Shown one piece after another: positions 60,947-64,000 of a stretch of DNA of 64,000 nucleotides (the first letter of the stretch is position 1; every line of letters starts with the position of its first letter). The translations under genes were made by a program, and so were the position numbers. Under the pieces are notes generated by a model that saw only the letters and a list, made by a program, of their open reading frames with translations, ran no database searches and was not told the DNA's origin. Source of the DNA: Actinomycetota bacterium (lineage in GTDB: Bacteria > Actinomycetota > UBA4738 > HRBIN12); NCBI GenBank assembly GCA_040882605.1, contig JBBEAY010000023.1:76786-140785 (forward strand), in the 5' to 3' direction.

Positions 60947-63258
60947 CAGTCGAAGATGCTACCCGGCACAAGGCGCATCTCGGCGACGGCTGCCGCCTCG
61001 ACCGCCGCTCGTGAGAACGGCAAGGGGTGCGTCTCGCCGGCGAGCCACAGCGGCGCCTGGTCGTTCCAGTGCGGGCTCGCCGGGTTGCCGCTGTTGCCGG
61101 CCGGAAGCACTCCGACACTCCGATCGAGGTCGGCCAGGTCGTAGACGGCCCGCCACGACGGGATCACCGCCGCAGGGAAGCCGTCTCGTGCGTCGACGCC
61201 GGTCTGCATCACCGTCTGGTCGTCGCCGTCCACGCCTGCCTCGAGGGCCACGAAGAGCGACTCGAACCCCGGGATCGAGGCGAGCGGATGCGCCAGCGTG
61301 ACTCGGTGCAGATCGCCCCAGCGCCACCCGGCCATGTCATCACCGAGCGTTTCGTGCAGCTCGACGATGGCGGCGTCGAGCGCATCCTCGAGCGTTCCGC
61401 GATCGAGCTCGCCCGCACGGAGCATCTGCGCGAGCGCGCCACACTGGAACGGCTCTCGCCACGCGTGGTAGCGGCGGAAGAGCTCTTCGCCGAGCTGTGG
61501 CGTCAGTGCGCGCCGCGCGATCTGTGCGCACCACACCTGGTAGACGGCGGTCGCTGCGGACCCGGCGGTCATGCTCGCGTCCCACGAGCCAAGCAGCACG
61601 AGCGCGGCCTGCCGGGCGGGGTCGTTACCGGCGTCGGCCCGCTCGAGCAGCAGAGGGACGCTCTCGCGAGCGGCGAGCGAGACCACGTCGGACTGAAGGG
61701 CAGCCATCGAACGCACGTCATGATCCTCGCCGCCGGCCAGCACCTCGGAGATCCTCCCTGCTCGCCACGGCGTGTGGAAGTCGTGACCGATCAGGTGCGG
61801 GTAGGCGTCGTCGTGCATGCGGTGGTTCGCGGTCACGAGGAAGCCCCGCGACGGGTCGACACCCCACGGCAGCTCATCGGGCGGCACCCACCCTGTCCAC
61901 TCGTGATCGCCGGTCCAACCGGGCGCGGGCGCGGTGCCGTCGCCGCGAGCGCGCACCGGGTACCGGCCGGTGCAGGCGTAGCCGATCGTGCCGTCGACAT
62001 CGGCGTAGACAACGTTCTGGCCCGGGCAGGCGAGTCCGTCGAGCGCGGCTTCCCGGAACGGTTCGAACGATGTGGCCTGGGCGACATCGAGCACGAGCGA
62101 CGGGCGCGTGCCGTGATCGAGGCCGACCCACGAGAGCGCGTAGACCGGCTCGCCAGGTAGCGGCGCGTACTCGGGATGCAGCGTGCCGGACACGAACGTG
62201 TCGAGCAGCGGCCCGTGGCGCGACTCGCGCACCTCGACGACACGTGGTGCGCTCTCGCCACGAACGGCGATCTCCTCACGGTGCACCGTGAGCGGTTCCC
62301 ACCCGCCGCCGTGCTCGGCGGCCGAACGGTCGTCGTTCAAGCGCTCGACGAACAGATCCTGCACGTCGCCGCTGACGTTCGTGACGCCCCAGGCGTGGTG
62401 CTCGGTGCATCCGAGCAGCACCCCAGGCGAGAACGTCAGCCCCACCCCGCGCGCCCGGTAGCCGGGGGCCGAGAGGTGACATTCGAGCCAGACGCCCGGT
62501 TGGGTCGCGAGCAGGTGGGGATCGTTCGCCAGCAGCGGCGCGCCGGTCGAGGTCCGCGACCCGGCGACCACCCATGCGTTCGAGCCCTGCCCTTTGGCGC
62601 GCGGCGCGGCGTCGAACAGCGCCCCCGCGAGCGCGCCCGGCACGACCTGGGGTGGGTCGGCGGGAAGCGGGGGCAACAGGCGCGTGACGAGCTCGTCGTC
62701 GCCAGCCTCCGCGATCCAGGCTCGGAGCAGCTCCGTGTCCCAGTTGCCCGAGAGGCCCCACGCCAGGAGCACGAACGCCGACGCCCACGCCGCCTCGTCG
62801 TCGGGCACCCAGGGGGTCGTGTCGAGCAGCGTGTACTCGATGGGCGCGGCCGGCATCGCGTCGACCCATGCACGAACGCCCGCCCGGAACCGCTCGTGCA
62901 TGCGCCGTGAGCGCTCGTCCCAGGCGGCGGCGATGCGCGCGCCCGCACGGTGCAAGCCCACCGTGCGGGCGAGCCGGTCGTCGTCGAGCGTGCGTTCGCC
63001 GAACAGCTCCGACAGGCGCCCGTTCGCCGCGCGCAAGGTGAGCTCGAGCTGGAACAGTCTCTCCCCGGCCGTGACCACGCCGTGTGCGAACCAGAGGTCG
63101 TCGAGCGATGGCGCCTCGATGTACGGGACTCCCCACGCATCGCGGCGCACGATGACGGGTTCACCTAGCCCGTCGAGCGCAAGTTCCCCTTCGGCCGGGA
63201 ACATCGATGCGGACGCCATCGCCCGGAGGTCATCAGCCGGATCATCGGGATGAGTCAC
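60946..63258 (-). CDS. penicillin acylase (Ntn-hydrolase) family protein
   Basis: Contains WGVPYIEAPSLDDLWFAHG, the beta-subunit nucleophile context GSNAWVVAGSRTSTGAPLLANDPHL, and NSGNPASPHW. Confidence 0.9.
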   Translation of the reverse strand: MTHPDDPADDLRAMASASMFPAEGELALDGLGEPVIVRRDAWGVPYIEAPSLDDLWFAHGVVTAGERLFQLELTLRAANGRLSELFGERTLDDDRLARTVGLHRAGARIAAAWDERSRRMHERFRAGVRAWVDAMPAAPIEYTLLDTTPWVPDDEAAWASAFVLLAWGLSGNWDTELLRAWIAEAGDDELVTRLLPPLPADPPQVVPGALAGALFDAAPRAKGQGSNAWVVAGSRTSTGAPLLANDPHLLATQPGVWLECHLSAPGYRARGVGLTFSPGVLLGCTEHHAWGVTNVSGDVQDLFVERLNDDRSAAEHGGGWEPLTVHREEIAVRGESAPRVVEVRESRHGPLLDTFVSGTLHPEYAPLPGEPVYALSWVGLDHGTRPSLVLDVAQATSFEPFREAALDGLACPGQNVVYADVDGTIGYACTGRYPVRARGDGTAPAPGWTGDHEWTGWVPPDELPWGVDPSRGFLVTANHRMHDDAYPHLIGHDFHTPWRAGRISEVLAGGEDHDVRSMAALQSDVVSLAARESVPLLLERADAGNDPARQAALVLLGSWDASMTAGSAATAVYQVWCAQIARRALTPQLGEELFRRYHAWREPFQCGALAQMLRAGELDRGTLEDALDAAIVELHETLGDDMAGWRWGDLHRVTLAHPLASIPGFESLFVALEAGVDGDDQTVMQTGVDARDGFPAAVIPSWRAVYDLADLDRSVGVLPAGNSGNPASPHWNDQAPLWLAGETHPLPFSRAAVEAAAVAEMRLVPGSIFD

Positions 63259-63334
63259 CCGATGAGACTATCGAGCTGCTCTCGGGTGGGAATCGGCGAA
63301 CTTGTTCGGGTCGGGCCAGGTTTGTCAGACCCGG

Positions 63335-63427
63335 TGTGGATAGTCGTCGCCGCACCCTTGCTGACCTAGGGCGAGACGTCGTCAAGCATGTGGATCTCAG
63401 GGGGAGGACTGGTGGATAAGTGGAGAA
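63335..63427 (-). promoter_or_regulatory. four co-oriented DnaA-box-like 9-mers upstream of the acylase-crgA unit
   Basis: On the minus strand: CTATCCACA (63335-43), AGATCCACA (63389-97), TTATCCACC (63411-19) and TTCTCCACT (63419-27). They lie in a visibly lower-GC intergenic region. Confidence 0.35.
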
Positions 63428-63500
63428 CAACGGTGGGATGCCGCATGCGGGTCGATAACCTAGGGCGTACGGTGGGCCGAGACCCCGAGGAAGGATAGAG

Positions 63501-63728
63501 GTGTTTTGGCTCATGACTCCTGGACCCGAGACAGATCATCGCGCGGCGGGAAGGATCCTTAAGTCGGTGGATGATCCTAGAGTGCGTGAACGTATCGGGG
63601 TTGCCGAAGAGAGGGTTCGCTCCGGCGAAGTAGACGCAAGCGAACTTTCTTCTGCCGACGAGCTGGGAGCGATGATTGACGACCTCAAGCACCCGAGACA
63701 GCTCCCGCTCGCCATGGAAGATCCGTAA
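63501..63728 (+). CDS. hypothetical small protein (antitoxin-like appearance)
   Basis: GAGGAAGGA RBS 5 nt before the GTG. The segment VAEERVRSGEVDASELSSADEL resembles antitoxin C-terminal segments. Lower GC than the rest of the window. Confidence 0.35.
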   Translation: MFWLMTPGPETDHRAAGRILKSVDDPRVRERIGVAEERVRSGEVDASELSSADELGAMIDDLKHPRQLPLAMEDP

Positions 63729-63960
63729 TCTCGCGGAGCTCCAGGCCTGGGTTTGGAACGGATCCACGTCAGACGAAGACGGCTTAGCGGTTCTGGAGTT
63801 CATCGACCAGCGCGTGTGCGAAGGCCCCGACTTCGGGGAAGTGATCGATGTCCACACTCGAGGCGCAGTTGCTCCAGGGTCAGATGTCGAAGTCATCTGG
63901 ACGTTCAACCCTGACAAGAAGTACGTAGACATCATCACCCCAGCACCACCGGGCTCTTAG
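63676..63960 (+). CDS. hypothetical small protein (toxin-like appearance), start unresolved
   Basis: The only available start is a TTG at 63676, which overlaps the upstream ORF by 53 nt. The C-terminal DVEVIWTFNPDKKYVDII is reminiscent of RelE/HigB-type toxins. Confidence 0.3.
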   Translation: MTTSSTRDSSRSPWKIRNLAELQAWVWNGSTSDEDGLAVLEFIDQRVCEGPDFGEVIDVHTRGAVAPGSDVEVIWTFNPDKKYVDIITPAPPGS

Positions 63961-64000
63961 CCCCGGTCGTCGTCGAGCTGGGTATTGCCGAGCCAGCTCT

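Noticed and set aside
63366-63938. A 190-aa minus-strand ORF in the low-GC tail.
   Set aside because: Its composition is Ser/Arg/Pro/Thr-rich with no motifs. The plus-strand ORFs have an RBS and more protein-like sequence.
1-64000. Mobile genetic elements or prophage (integrase, transposase, IS inverted repeats) that might explain the accessory region.
   Set aside because: No recombinase-like translation was seen in any listed ORF, and no terminal inverted repeats or long tRNA 3-prime duplications were found. The island hypothesis rests only on the synteny argument.

Overview
This is a very GC-rich (judged by eye, not computed) chromosomal segment with the origin-proximal gene order typical of Actinomycetota. 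It runs from the gyrB 3-prime end through gyrA, a DUF3566 protein, tRNA-Ile and a small membrane protein. The same conserved block resumes far downstream with tRNA-Ala and then crgA. About 43 kb of accessory-looking DNA lies between the two tRNAs. That DNA contains five things of note: (1) a tightly coupled operon encoding a Tat-exported, 10-Cys methylamine-dehydrogenase-light-chain-like protein with MauD-like and MauE-like partners, but no MauB or MauG; (2) a block of homologues of the mycobacterial DosR dormancy regulon, namely two P-type ATPases, a decayed CBS/BON gene, a cyclic-2,3-diphosphoglycerate-synthase-like gene, an Rv0571c-like fusion, a USP, a DUF1918 protein, a GAF histidine kinase and a NarL/DosR-type regulator; (3) a multicopper oxidase; (4) two paralogous NnrS-like polytopic membrane proteins; (5) a compact nitrous-oxide reductase cluster (nosZ, cupredoxin lipoprotein, NosB-like, nosD, nosF, nosY, Rrf2 regulator) lacking nosR, nosL and nosX. 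The remaining genes are housekeeping or peripheral: SulP permease, serine hydrolase, nitronate monooxygenase, adenylate cyclase, M15 and M23 peptidases, two PQQ sugar dehydrogenases, a molybdopterin hydroxylase large subunit, an S9 peptidase, gdhA and a penicillin acylase. I saw no rRNA, CRISPR array, transposase or integrase. Several genes look decayed or carry sequence errors (CBS/BON, APC permease, NmrA-like). Two clusters of DnaA-box-like 9-mers flank the acylase-crgA unit. All functional calls rest on motif and family recognition by eye; no database search was run.
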